Shown here in pieces: positions 9,107 through 18,562 of a stretch of DNA of 64,000 nt. The notes under the pieces were generated by a model. The model was given only the letters and a program-made list of their open reading frames with translations, was not told where the DNA came from and made no database searches. The DNA comes from Candidatus Nomurabacteria bacterium (GTDB lineage: Bacteria; Patescibacteriota; Minisyncoccia; Phycocordibacterales; UBA9973): assembly GCA_026395955.1 (NCBI GenBank), contig JAPLXR010000007.1, positions 65,957-129,956 of the forward strand, written 5' to 3'. Each line of letters begins with the position of its first letter. The stretch's first letter is position 1. Both the position numbers and the translations under genes were made by a program.

Positions 9107-9652
9107 ATGAAAAAAAATATAAAAAATTATTTTAAATATGTAACCGGATTTATTTTTTGTTTTTTGCTTCGTTTAATTCCATTTCGTCCTCCAAACGTAG
9201 AACCAATCCTAGCTACAGCTATGCCGTTTTCAAAAGAATACGGAAAGCTAGCAGGATTTTTTTTCGGCTTCTTCAGTATTATCCTTTATGATGTCGCTAC
9301 AGCTAGAGTCGGAATGTGGACATTGATTACAGGAGTCGCTTATGGAGTTTTAGGACTAGTCGCAGCAGTTTATTTTGAAAATAAAAATAATACTTCATGG
9401 AATTATGCGAAATTCGCAATTCTGGCCACTATCTTCTATGACGCTGTGACAGGTTTGACTGTCGGTCCGATATTTTTTCACCAAAGTTTCATGACAGCAT
9501 TAGCAGGACAGATACCTTTCACTCTTCTACATCTAGTAAGTAATGTCGGTTTTGCAATTGTATTCTCTCCACTCATATATAGATACGTAATTGAAAATAA
9601 AAAGTTTGAACTATCATTATCAAAATTAATTTTAAATCCAAAACAAATATGA
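9107..9652 (+). CDS. small polytopic membrane protein, possibly a vitamin/cobalamin uptake component
   Basis: 181 aa with 5-6 predicted TM segments. Its stop overlaps the nrdJ start by 4 nt. The functional call rests on context only. Confidence 0.3.
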   Translation: MKKNIKNYFKYVTGFIFCFLLRLIPFRPPNVEPILATAMPFSKEYGKLAGFFFGFFSIILYDVATARVGMWTLITGVAYGVLGLVAAVYFENKNNTSWNYAKFAILATIFYDAVTGLTVGPIFFHQSFMTALAGQIPFTLLHLVSNVGFAIVFSPLIYRYVIENKKFELSLSKLILNPKQI

Positions 9653-11934
9653 AAAACAATATAGCTAATTCAAAAAAATATTCACCGCTTCAAAAAATTC
9701 AAAAGAGAGATAGTTCAATAGTTCCATTTGATGCAAAACACATCACTCGTGCTATTTTCCGTGCAATGCAAAATGTAAAAGAAGGGGATGAACAACATGC
9801 AGAAAAAGTGATGGTTAAAGTTTTGGATAAACTTCTATTAGTTCAAAAAGAAAATAAAATTAAAAACTTTGTTCCGACAGTTGAAATGATCCAAGACGTC
9901 GTCGAGAATGAATTGATTAACTCTACATTTTTAAATACAGCAAAAGCATATATTCTCTATAGACAAGAACGCTCACTCGTTCGTGAAAAAGTCGGTACTG
10001 TTCCAGAAAAGATTCGTGAGCTTTTTGCAGAAAGTAAAAAATATTTCCGTAACTCTCTAGCTGAACTCGTATACTATCGTACGTATGCAAAATGGATTCC
10101 TGAACAAGATCGTCGTGAGACATGGATAGAGACCGTCGATAGATATTTAGATTTTATGCGTGACAATGTTAACGGTAGTTTGTCTGACGCTGAATACAAA
10201 GAAGTCCGCGAAACAATGCTAAAGCAAGAAGCCTTACCATCTATGCGTTTATTACAATTCGCAGGCAAAGCAGCTCGCCGTACAAATGTCTGTGCTTATA
10301 ACTGTTCATTTATTGCTCCTAGAACTTTCCAAGACTTTGCTGAGATAATGTACATCTCTATGTGTGGTACTGGTGTCGGATGGTCTGTAGAAAGTGAAAA
10401 TATTCAAGCCTTACCACAAATCCAAAGACAAACAGGAAAGAAAGCAACTACATATGTAATACCTGATAGTAAAGAAGGTTGGGCAGATGCTTTTTCTCTC
10501 GGAATGAAAACATGGTTCGAAGGTGGAGATATTAATTTTGATTATTCTCTTATTCGTCCTGCAGGAGCACGTTTGAAAACTATGGGAGGAAAAAGTTCTG
10601 GTCCTGCACCACTTCGTGATTTGATAGACTTCACACGTGAAAGAGTTTTACGTAGACAAGGACGCCATCTCTCAAACATGGATGCACACGATATCATTTG
10701 TAAGATCGGTGAATGTGTCGTCGCTGGTGGAGTTCGTCGTAGTGCGATGATTTCACTTTCTGATTTGGATGATGAAAATATTCGTGACTCAAAGAAAGGA
10801 CAATTTTATTTAACAGAAGGACAAAGAATGCTCGCAAACAATTCTGCTGTTTATCAAACAAAACCAACTTCAACAGAATTCCTAGATGAATGGATAGCTT
10901 TGATGAAATCTGGATCAGGAGAAAGAGGAATATTTAATCGTGGAGGACTCGCAAATACTTTACCAAAGAGAAGACTCGATCAATTCAAGGGTGGTATCTA
11001 CCCAGCATGGGGAACAAATCCTTGTGGAGAAATTATTCTTCAATCAAAACAATTCTGTAACCTTTCAGAAGTTGTCGCTCGTGCAGATGATACAGAAGAA
11101 AGTTTACTTAGAAAAATTCGTGTTGCGACAATACTCGGTACTTACCAATCAACACTTACATACTTCCCATATCTTTCAAAAGAATGGAAGAAGAATTGTG
11201 AGAAGGAGAGATTGCTCGGTGTTTCAATAACAGGACAATGGGATTGTGCACTCGTACGTGATCCGAAAATGTTAGAGAAATTAAAAAATGAAGCAATAAA
11301 AATAAATAAAAAGTATGCAGAGAAATTTGGTGTTAACCAATCAACATGTGTGACTTGTGTTAAACCATCAGGAAATACTTCACAAACCGTAGACTGTTCT
11401 TCTGGAATGCATACTCGCCACGCTCCATACTATATCCGTCGTGTTCGTATTTCTACTACAGATGCTCTTTTCAAAATGTTACGTGACCAAGGAGTACCTC
11501 ATTTCCCAGAAGTCGGACAAACTATCGAAGACGCTACTACATACGTCCTAGAATTCCCTATAAAGGCTCCAGACGGTGCTATCTGTAAAGATGATGTTGA
11601 TGCTATCGCTCAGCTTGAACACTGGAAAGTTGTGAAGAATCACTATACTGAACACAATCCTTCTGTAACTATTTCTGTTGGAGAAGATGAATGGCTCAAA
11701 GTCGCTCATTGGATTTATGAGAACTGGGAAATCGTCGGAGGACTTTCATTCCTTCCTCGTTCAAACCATGTATATCAACTCGCTCCATATGAAGCTATTA
11801 CAAAAGAGAAATATGAAGAAATGAAAGAAAGACTTGGTGAAATTGATTTCTCAAAGATCGTAACTTATGAAAGAGAAGATGAAACAGAAGTAAAGAAAGA
11901 ACTCGCTTGCGTAGGAGGACTTTGCGAAATATAA
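9649..11934 (+). CDS. nrdJ: class II (adenosylcobalamin-dependent) ribonucleotide reductase with N-terminal ATP-cone
   Basis: 761 aa. ATP-cone-like N-terminus (IQKRDSSIVPFDAKHITRAIFRAM) and the hallmark class II active-site motif TNPCGEI. Confidence 0.85.
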   Translation: MKNNIANSKKYSPLQKIQKRDSSIVPFDAKHITRAIFRAMQNVKEGDEQHAEKVMVKVLDKLLLVQKENKIKNFVPTVEMIQDVVENELINSTFLNTAKAYILYRQERSLVREKVGTVPEKIRELFAESKKYFRNSLAELVYYRTYAKWIPEQDRRETWIETVDRYLDFMRDNVNGSLSDAEYKEVRETMLKQEALPSMRLLQFAGKAARRTNVCAYNCSFIAPRTFQDFAEIMYISMCGTGVGWSVESENIQALPQIQRQTGKKATTYVIPDSKEGWADAFSLGMKTWFEGGDINFDYSLIRPAGARLKTMGGKSSGPAPLRDLIDFTRERVLRRQGRHLSNMDAHDIICKIGECVVAGGVRRSAMISLSDLDDENIRDSKKGQFYLTEGQRMLANNSAVYQTKPTSTEFLDEWIALMKSGSGERGIFNRGGLANTLPKRRLDQFKGGIYPAWGTNPCGEIILQSKQFCNLSEVVARADDTEESLLRKIRVATILGTYQSTLTYFPYLSKEWKKNCEKERLLGVSITGQWDCALVRDPKMLEKLKNEAIKINKKYAEKFGVNQSTCVTCVKPSGNTSQTVDCSSGMHTRHAPYYIRRVRISTTDALFKMLRDQGVPHFPEVGQTIEDATTYVLEFPIKAPDGAICKDDVDAIAQLEHWKVVKNHYTEHNPSVTISVGEDEWLKVAHWIYENWEIVGGLSFLPRSNHVYQLAPYEAITKEKYEEMKERLGEIDFSKIVTYEREDETEVKKELACVGGLCEI

Positions 11935-11941
11935 AAATAAA

Positions 11942-12559
11942 ATGCTATACACTAGAAAAGGAGACAATGGAACAACAAAAACTTTTGGATGCGATCAACG
12001 TATATCAAAAAGTAGTGCGATAGCCGAAGCTCTCGGTTCTATGGATGAAATAAATTCTTTTCTGGGTTTGGTAAAAGTAAAAGCCGCCATTTTAAAGGTG
12101 GCTTTTACTTTGCCTGCCTACGCAGGCAGGCCGGATCAAGAAATAAAACTAGCAGAGACTGTCGACAGAATTCAACAAGACCTTTTTATAATTCAGGCAG
12201 AACTCGCAGGTGCAGATAAAACAATTGTAGAAGAAAAAGTAAAATGGCTCGAAGAAATAATCGACGGCATTGAAAAAATGCTTCCACCGATTAAAACTTT
12301 TTTTGTGTCTGGTGGTACCGAACTCGCATCTCTTTGCGACATCGCTCGCACTATCGCTCGCCGTGCAGAACGCCGAGTAGTCGGCGTCGCAGAAGAGCAG
12401 AAATCTTTTGCAGAGATTTCTGCTCCTGAATCTGCACCCATAAAAACTCTAAGCGCCCAAACCCTCGCATACCTAAACCGTTTAAGTAGTGTCCTCTACG
12501 CCTTCGCCCGCGCCTCAAACCACGTCGCTGGTATTACCGAAGAAGCTCCGAGGTACTAA
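11942..12559 (+). CDS. PduO-type ATP:cob(I)alamin adenosyltransferase
   Basis: N-terminal YTRKGDNGTTKTFGCDQRISKSSAIAEALGSMDEINSFLG and the later DLFIIQAELAG match the PduO/MMAB family. The CDS contains an internal 18-nt perfect palindrome (12113-12130). Confidence 0.8.
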   Translation: MLYTRKGDNGTTKTFGCDQRISKSSAIAEALGSMDEINSFLGLVKVKAAILKVAFTLPAYAGRPDQEIKLAETVDRIQQDLFIIQAELAGADKTIVEEKVKWLEEIIDGIEKMLPPIKTFFVSGGTELASLCDIARTIARRAERRVVGVAEEQKSFAEISAPESAPIKTLSAQTLAYLNRLSSVLYAFARASNHVAGITEEAPRY

Positions 12560-12638
12560 TAAAACAGTTATGTAAGGGGAGTCCTTACACAACTGGAAAA
12601 TAAAGAAAGAACACCGCCAAAAAAAGGGGAATAAAAAT

Positions 12639-12668
12639 AGCATAATCAAAAATATTTTTGATTATGCT
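12639..12668. terminator. bidirectional terminator palindrome between convergent genes
   Basis: Perfect inverted repeat agcataatcaaaaa/tttttgattatgct. Confidence 0.6.
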
Positions 12669-12682
12669 ATTTAAGTTCTTGT

Positions 12683-12967
12683 TTAATAACTTCTTGCATA
12701 AAGATATACAACTTTACCACAGTATGGGCAAATATTGTTTTCTTCTAATTTTCCATTCATGTTCATAACATTACATTCTGGACAATTCCATGTATTGAAA
12801 CCTCTCATTGTTATTTTGTTTGCATTTTTAACCTCAGATACTTTGAGGTTTTTGTGTGAATTGCGGTATTTGTCGCAATCCTTTGTTTTCTCGTTTGTTT
12901 GTAGGCATTTAAACCAACCACGATTTAAAGGTTTAAATTTTAATAGCACCCTTATTGTTGTATTCAT
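12683..12967 (-). CDS. small zinc-ribbon protein (hypothetical)
   Basis: 94 aa with a CPEC...CPYC four-Cys pattern. Confidence 0.35.
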   Translation of the reverse strand: MNTTIRVLLKFKPLNRGWFKCLQTNEKTKDCDKYRNSHKNLKVSEVKNANKITMRGFNTWNCPECNVMNMNGKLEENNICPYCGKVVYLYARSY

Positions 12968-13094
12968 TTTTTATAGTTTTTAAAATTCAGTTGTCTTTTC
13001 TTAAAAGTATCATTCTGAACTAAACATGTCAAATGATATAAATTTGCATAAAATGATGTGGGTAGTATACTGGTAATGTGCTTAACAAATTAAT

Positions 13095-13262
13095 AGTTTT
13101 GTAATTGGGGAAGTGAGGTGAGAATCCTCCACAGTGCCGCTACGGTAATCTAAATTTAATTTAGAAAGTCCGAATGCCAATTATGAATTTTGATACCCGA
13201 GCAGGAATTCCATATTTCATTTTTGAAACATGGTACGGTAACTCCTCTCTGTGGGAGTTTTT
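13095..13262 (+). promoter_or_regulatory. cobalamin (AdoCbl) riboswitch with terminator/SD-sequestering expression platform
   Basis: Core GGGGAAGTGAGGTGAGAATCCTCCACAGTGCCGCTACGGTAAT matches the conserved cobalamin riboswitch core (AGGGAAG..GGTGAGAATCC..C.GCC..GCTAC.GT.A). Hairpin actcc-tctctgt-gggagt plus T-run lies immediately before the start codon at 13266. Confidence 0.7.
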
Positions 13263-13265
13263 TTA

Positions 13266-13769
13266 ATGAAAAATTTAAATAAAAAATATATAATCATTCT
13301 TTTAATTATTGCTTTATTGGCCTTAAGATTTTTTATTGTTTATTTTAAACACCAAGACAAAATTACTGAAGTACAAAATATTGAAATTCCAAAAGTTATA
13401 GAGAAATCTACTCCAGAAATTCTAAAACAAATTCCTGTTACAAAAAATATTCCCAAAAATGAAACAATACCTTTAAATACAAATATTGTAACTATAAAGG
13501 TAGGGGATACAAATATAAATTTACCAATACAAAGTAATGCTAGTCTTTATGATGTTTTACTTGCAGGGCAAAAATCAGGACAGATAAATTTTACAGGAAA
13601 GAATTATTCAGGAATGGGATTTTTTATTAGTAGTATTGGGAATTTGAAAGAAGGATATGGGAAGTATTTAATTTATTATGTTAATGGCACAGAAGCGTCT
13701 GTCGGGATTTCTTCTTATGTACCAAAAGTAGGAGATATTATCGAGTGGAAACTTAGTACATCATTATAA
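13266..13769 (+). CDS. DUF4430-like (transcobalamin beta-domain-like) membrane-anchored protein
   Basis: N-terminal TM anchor. C-terminal domain with LYDVLLAG...GMGFFISSIGNLKEG...YLIYYVNGTEASVGISSYVPKVGDIIEWKL, which resembles DUF4430 proteins that accompany B12 transporters. The ORF-track start (13251, GTG) was replaced by the ATG at 13266. Confidence 0.5.
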   Translation: MKNLNKKYIIILLIIALLALRFFIVYFKHQDKITEVQNIEIPKVIEKSTPEILKQIPVTKNIPKNETIPLNTNIVTIKVGDTNINLPIQSNASLYDVLLAGQKSGQINFTGKNYSGMGFFISSIGNLKEGYGKYLIYYVNGTEASVGISSYVPKVGDIIEWKLSTSL

Positions 13770-13772
13770 TTT

Positions 13773-15740
13773 ATGAAAACAAAATTTTTAATATTTATTT
13801 TTGCAATAGTTTTATTTACGCCAGTATTTTTTGCTCGAGCAGATGTTTTACCTTTACCAGATGCATCTACTACTCCAGATATTATTCCACCACCAGATGC
13901 TTCTTCTACACCTATTCTCACTGAAAATATTTTAATACGTAACGGAGATACTGTTATTTTTCAAGGGTCAGTAGATTTACCAACAGCAGGGAATATCGAC
14001 ATTATGGATAATGCTAGTACTACGCACTCAGTAAATACTGACAGTGTTCTCGGTGTTTTATATTCTTTAGATCAAAATAATGATTCTTTTTCAATTTCAA
14101 ATCTACAATATTATGATTCTTTTGGAGCATTTTATTTAAAATGCATTACGAGCGTTAGTGAATCTTGTGATAATTGGCAATACGTCGTCGGAGGTACAAC
14201 ACCTTGGCAAAGTATCGATCAAACTATTTTGACTGGTGGAGAAAGTATCGGTATTTATTTTGGTACACCGTATAAAGTAGTTTTAAATAGTAATAACATT
14301 CATACGACCGATACTTTAAATGTTACCGCTGAAAAATATGATTATGAAAATAATGTTTGGAATCCGAGAACTGGTGTAACTGTTGGTCTAACTCAACCTG
14401 ATCCAAACAACCCTTGGAGTCCGATAGAAGTGCAAACTATTCCTGTTGATGCTAGTGGTGTCGCAACTTTTACAAATATTGGAGCTGGGAATTATAATGT
14501 CGGAATTCAAGAAGATTATTATTTTCCGACAGAATCTTTGACTGTATCTGCTCCTTTTGTTGATTGTGGTTGTGGTGGAGGAAATCCCGCTCCTGTTTTT
14601 AGCATTCCAAATGCAATTTCATATTTAGAAAGTGTTCAAAGTTCTGACGGATCTTTTGGAGACAGTGATATGTATACAGATTGGGCTAGTATTGCATTAT
14701 CAGCAAATGGAATTTCAAATAATATTAAAAATAAAATTTTAAGTTATATGTCAGCAGATAATTCTGTATCTGATAATCTTACAGACAATGAACGTCGTGC
14801 AATGGCGCTTCTTGCTTTAAATAAAAATCCATATGATTTTGGCAATGTAGATTATATTACTCCAATTATAAATTCTTTTGATGGAACACAATTCGGTGAT
14901 ACTAATTTAATCAATGATGATATTTTTGCACTTATTCCGCTTGCAAATACTGGCTATGATAATAGTGACGATATTATCAAAAAAGATATAGCTTATGTAA
15001 TTTCAAAACAAAAAATAAATGGTTCATGGGAAGAAAGTGTTGATATGACTTCTGCTAGTATTCTAGCCCTTGAAAATTATTCTAGTGTGTCTGGTGTAAA
15101 TTCTGCAATCTCTCTAGCAGAAAATTATTTAGAGAGTTCTCAGAAAAATGATGGTGGATGGGGAAATGTTTCAGCGACGAGCTGGGTATTACAAGCTGAA
15201 TCAATTTTAGGTACTAATTGGAGTAATAATGGAAAAACAGGAATTGATTATTTAGCAGATAATCAAGATACTGATGGTGGTGCGATAAAAAATACAGAAA
15301 TTTTACAAAATAGAATCTGGGCGACGAGTTATGCAATTCCAGGAGCACTAAACGAAACTTGGAATCAGATTTTTCATTCATTTCCAAAACCTACTAATCC
15401 TACAAATTTAACACAAACTTGTGAGACAGATCCTTCTTTGTGTACACCACCGATACAACCGACTTGTGAAACAAATATAACTCTTTGTCCTCCAAAATCA
15501 GTTCTTGCAGAAGAAAAACTAACTATAGTTCCAGTAGAAAATATTACACCTAAAGTAGTGTCTGTTAAAAAGGTTGAAAAAAAAATTGAACCAAAAATTC
15601 TTACCAAAGAAATATCAAAAATAGAACCTATAAATATCACTGCTACAGCAGGGAATAGTGATAGTAAAATATCCATGATTGTGTCTATTTTTTCTCTATT
15701 GGGCTTAATAGGACTAATGATATTTCGTTTTGTTATTTAG
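13773..15740 (+). CDS. secreted/surface protein with alpha/alpha-toroid QW (prenyltransferase/terpene-cyclase-like) repeats and C-terminal TM anchor
   Basis: Signal peptide, Pro/Thr-rich linkers, at least six repeats carrying Q..DG(S/G)(W/F)G-type motifs (e.g. SQKNDGGWGN, SSDGSFGD, INGSWEE), a Cys-rich C-terminal segment and a terminal hydrophobic anchor. Confidence 0.5.
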   Translation: MKTKFLIFIFAIVLFTPVFFARADVLPLPDASTTPDIIPPPDASSTPILTENILIRNGDTVIFQGSVDLPTAGNIDIMDNASTTHSVNTDSVLGVLYSLDQNNDSFSISNLQYYDSFGAFYLKCITSVSESCDNWQYVVGGTTPWQSIDQTILTGGESIGIYFGTPYKVVLNSNNIHTTDTLNVTAEKYDYENNVWNPRTGVTVGLTQPDPNNPWSPIEVQTIPVDASGVATFTNIGAGNYNVGIQEDYYFPTESLTVSAPFVDCGCGGGNPAPVFSIPNAISYLESVQSSDGSFGDSDMYTDWASIALSANGISNNIKNKILSYMSADNSVSDNLTDNERRAMALLALNKNPYDFGNVDYITPIINSFDGTQFGDTNLINDDIFALIPLANTGYDNSDDIIKKDIAYVISKQKINGSWEESVDMTSASILALENYSSVSGVNSAISLAENYLESSQKNDGGWGNVSATSWVLQAESILGTNWSNNGKTGIDYLADNQDTDGGAIKNTEILQNRIWATSYAIPGALNETWNQIFHSFPKPTNPTNLTQTCETDPSLCTPPIQPTCETNITLCPPKSVLAEEKLTIVPVENITPKVVSVKKVEKKIEPKILTKEISKIEPINITATAGNSDSKISMIVSIFSLLGLIGLMIFRFVI

Positions 15741-15767
15741 GCTAAACTAAATGCTATAATTAAAAAT

Positions 15768-18395
15768 ATGAATTGGCATAAACATATTTTTAGAAAGAGT
15801 AAAGAAGCAGATCATACAGATTTATCAAAAAATGAACTTTTTGATAAATTGCGTATTTTTGCAAAAAATGAACCAGAATATTCTTTAAAAGAATTATCTT
15901 CTAGTAACATAGGTTTAAATGATCATGAGGCAAAAAATAGAATAAAGAAATACGGTTTAAATGACTTAGCAAATGATAAAAAAGAAGGTCCTTTGTTAAA
16001 ACTCTTTAATATTATTAAAAGCCCGATTAATTTATTGTTAATTGCTCTTTCTGTTATTTCTTTATTTGTCGGTGATATAAAGTCTTTTGTAGTTATTATT
16101 TTAATGGTTACTTTGAGTGCGTCTTTGAGTTTCTATCAAGAAACAAAATCTGCTATCGCTGTAGATAAACTAAAATCAATTATTCATACAAAAAGTACTG
16201 TAATTAGAAATAATAAAAAAATAGAAATTCTTTCAAAATATGTCGTACCAGGTGACATTGTATGTCTTTATTCCGGGACAATTATACCAGGAGATATAAG
16301 GCTTATAACTTCTAAAGATTTATTTATAAACCAAGCCATGCTGACAGGTGAATCTTTACCTGCAGAAAAACACGTCACTGATTCTAGTTTGAGCGAAAAA
16401 AATATTATTGAATTTTGTAACTTATGTTTTCTCGGTACTAGTGTCGAGAGTGGAGTAGCAACAGCAGTAGTATTGAGTACTGGTAGAAATACATATATCG
16501 GTAGTATTGCTTCTGATATTAATTCAGGAAATCATGTTTCAGATTTTACGAAAGAATTAAAGGGTTTTGTTTTTTTAACTTTGAAATTTATGGTTTTTAT
16601 GGTGCCGGCCGTTTTTCTTTTAAATGGAATTTTTAAAGGAAATTGGTTTGAAGCATTTTTATTTGCATTAGCTGTGGCTGTCGGTATGGCACCGGAAATG
16701 ATTTCTACAATCGTTGCTATGAATCTATATAAAGGTGCTCTTGCAATGGCAAAGAAAAAAGTTATAGTAAAACATTTAGATGCTATTGAAAATCTGGGAG
16801 TTATGGACGTGCTTTGTACTGACAAGACAGGCACTCTCACTGAAGGACGAGTGGTCTTAGAAAAGTATTTAGATATTTACGGAAAAGAAAATAATGATAT
16901 TTTGCATTATGGATTTCTGAATAGTTTTTTTCAGACAGGTGTGTCATCTATTATAGATGAAGCTGTTTTAAAACATGAAGAAGTAAAACAAAAATCGGAA
17001 ATAGAAAATTATAAAAAAATTGATGAAATACCTTTTGATTTTAGTCGACGTCGACTATCTGTGATCGTGTCTGATACTAGAACAAATAAACAAATATTGG
17101 TTTGTAAGGGTGCAGTAGAAGAAATTGTTAGTAAAAGTGTGAATGTTTTGGTTGATGGAAAAGTTCAAACATTATCTGGTATTACAGACAGTGTAAAATT
17201 TGAAATGGAAGAAGAACTTAATAAACAAGGTTTTCGTGTTGTGGCTGTCGGTTATAAAGAAGTTGATAGTGATAAAAAAGTTTTCTCTGTTGATGATGAG
17301 AGTGATTTAATCCTCGTAGGATTTTTAGCTTTTTTTGATCCACCAAAAGCTAGTGTAAAACAAACAATACAAGATTTGAAAGAACTCGGTGTAGATATAA
17401 AAATCTTAACAGGGGACAACGATATAGTAACGAGAAAAATTTGTATAGATGTAGGAATGCAAGTCGATAAAATACTTTTAGGTAAAGACATCGAAAAATT
17501 TACAGAAGAAGAATTAGACAAAGAAATACAAGGTGTGTCTGTTTTTGCAAAACTTTCTCCATATGACAAGGAAAGAATAATAAAGAATTTGAGGAATAAA
17601 GGCCACGTCGTTGGATTCCTAGGTGATGGGATAAATGATTCGCTTTCTTTGATTGCGGCAGACATAGGAATTTCTGTTGATACTGCAGCTGATATTGCAA
17701 AAGAATCTTCAGATATTATTTTGCTCGAAAAGAACTTAAATGTTTTGAAAGACGGAATAAAAGAGGGAAGAAGGATTTTTGAAAATATTATTAAATATAT
17801 AAAAATGGCTGCGAGTTCAAATTTCGGGAATATGTTTAGTGTTGTTGGAGCTAGTATTTTTCTACCATTTTTGCCGATGTTACCAATACAAATATTGGCC
17901 AACAATATGCTTTATGATTTTTCTCAGACGACGATACCGACAGATAATGTAGACGAAGACAGACTACTTCAACCAAAGAAATGGGATTTTAAAAATATAA
18001 AAAGATTTATTATTTTCTTTGGCCCGATAAGTTCTTTGTTTGATTATGCTACATTTTTTGTTTTGCTTTATGTTTTCCATGCTTGGAACAATCCTGCTCT
18101 TTTCCATACCGGATGGTTTGTCGAGTCACTATTAACTCAGACTTTAATCGTACATATTATTCGTACTAGTAAAATTCCATTCTTACAAAGTCGCGCCAGT
18201 ACACCTTTGATAATTTCTACTTTCTCTGTGATTGTCTTTGGAATATGGCTCGTAGCTTCACCTTTTGCTAGTGCCTTTCAGTTTATGGCCTTGCCGTTAC
18301 TCTATTATGGTTTTTTATTTGTAGGAGTAATTTTATATTTTATTTTGACTCAACTTATGAAAATGTATTTTATAAAAAAATACAACTGGATTTAA
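15768..18395 (+). CDS. P-type ATPase, MgtA-like Mg2+ importer family
   Basis: 875 aa with the DKTGTLT phosphorylation motif, a GDGINDS hinge, about 10 TM segments, and an N-terminal region similar to the MgtA/MgtB cation-ATPase N-terminus. Confidence 0.75.
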   Translation: MNWHKHIFRKSKEADHTDLSKNELFDKLRIFAKNEPEYSLKELSSSNIGLNDHEAKNRIKKYGLNDLANDKKEGPLLKLFNIIKSPINLLLIALSVISLFVGDIKSFVVIILMVTLSASLSFYQETKSAIAVDKLKSIIHTKSTVIRNNKKIEILSKYVVPGDIVCLYSGTIIPGDIRLITSKDLFINQAMLTGESLPAEKHVTDSSLSEKNIIEFCNLCFLGTSVESGVATAVVLSTGRNTYIGSIASDINSGNHVSDFTKELKGFVFLTLKFMVFMVPAVFLLNGIFKGNWFEAFLFALAVAVGMAPEMISTIVAMNLYKGALAMAKKKVIVKHLDAIENLGVMDVLCTDKTGTLTEGRVVLEKYLDIYGKENNDILHYGFLNSFFQTGVSSIIDEAVLKHEEVKQKSEIENYKKIDEIPFDFSRRRLSVIVSDTRTNKQILVCKGAVEEIVSKSVNVLVDGKVQTLSGITDSVKFEMEEELNKQGFRVVAVGYKEVDSDKKVFSVDDESDLILVGFLAFFDPPKASVKQTIQDLKELGVDIKILTGDNDIVTRKICIDVGMQVDKILLGKDIEKFTEEELDKEIQGVSVFAKLSPYDKERIIKNLRNKGHVVGFLGDGINDSLSLIAADIGISVDTAADIAKESSDIILLEKNLNVLKDGIKEGRRIFENIIKYIKMAASSNFGNMFSVVGASIFLPFLPMLPIQILANNMLYDFSQTTIPTDNVDEDRLLQPKKWDFKNIKRFIIFFGPISSLFDYATFFVLLYVFHAWNNPALFHTGWFVESLLTQTLIVHIIRTSKIPFLQSRASTPLIISTFSVIVFGIWLVASPFASAFQFMALPLLYYGFLFVGVILYFILTQLMKMYFIKKYNWI

Positions 18396-18443
18396 TTTTA
18401 TTAAAAACTTTAATTTTTCTATTAAATATGTTATAAAGATATT

Positions 18444-18465
18444 ACCGCTTTAATAGCGGTTTTAT
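18444..18465 (+). terminator. rho-independent terminator after P-type ATPase
   Basis: Hairpin accgctttaatagcggt followed by a T-run. Confidence 0.65.
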
Positions 18466-18487
18466 TCTGAATAATGAATAAAAACAT

Positions 18488-18560
18488 GGTGCCCATGGTG
18501 TAATGGTTAACACTAGAGTTTGTGGAACTCTCAATTCGGGTTCAACTCCCGATGGGCACC
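18488..18560 (+). tRNA. tRNA-His (anticodon GTG) with genomically encoded G-1
   Basis: G(-1)+GTGCCCA...anticodon loop TTGTGGA...TTCAACT...TGGGCAC+C. The G-1 pairs with discriminator C, as in bacterial tRNA-His. Confidence 0.8.
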
Positions 18561-18562
18561 CA

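Noticed and set aside
13251-13265. GTG start at 13251 for the DUF4430-like gene
   Set aside because: It lies inside the riboswitch terminator hairpin. The ATG at 13266 with the GGGAG upstream is the more plausible start.
18503-18562. ORF-track start of the ZIP transporter at 18503
   Set aside because: The first 58 nt of that ORF are the body of tRNA-His (18488-18560). Start moved to Met-21 (18563).
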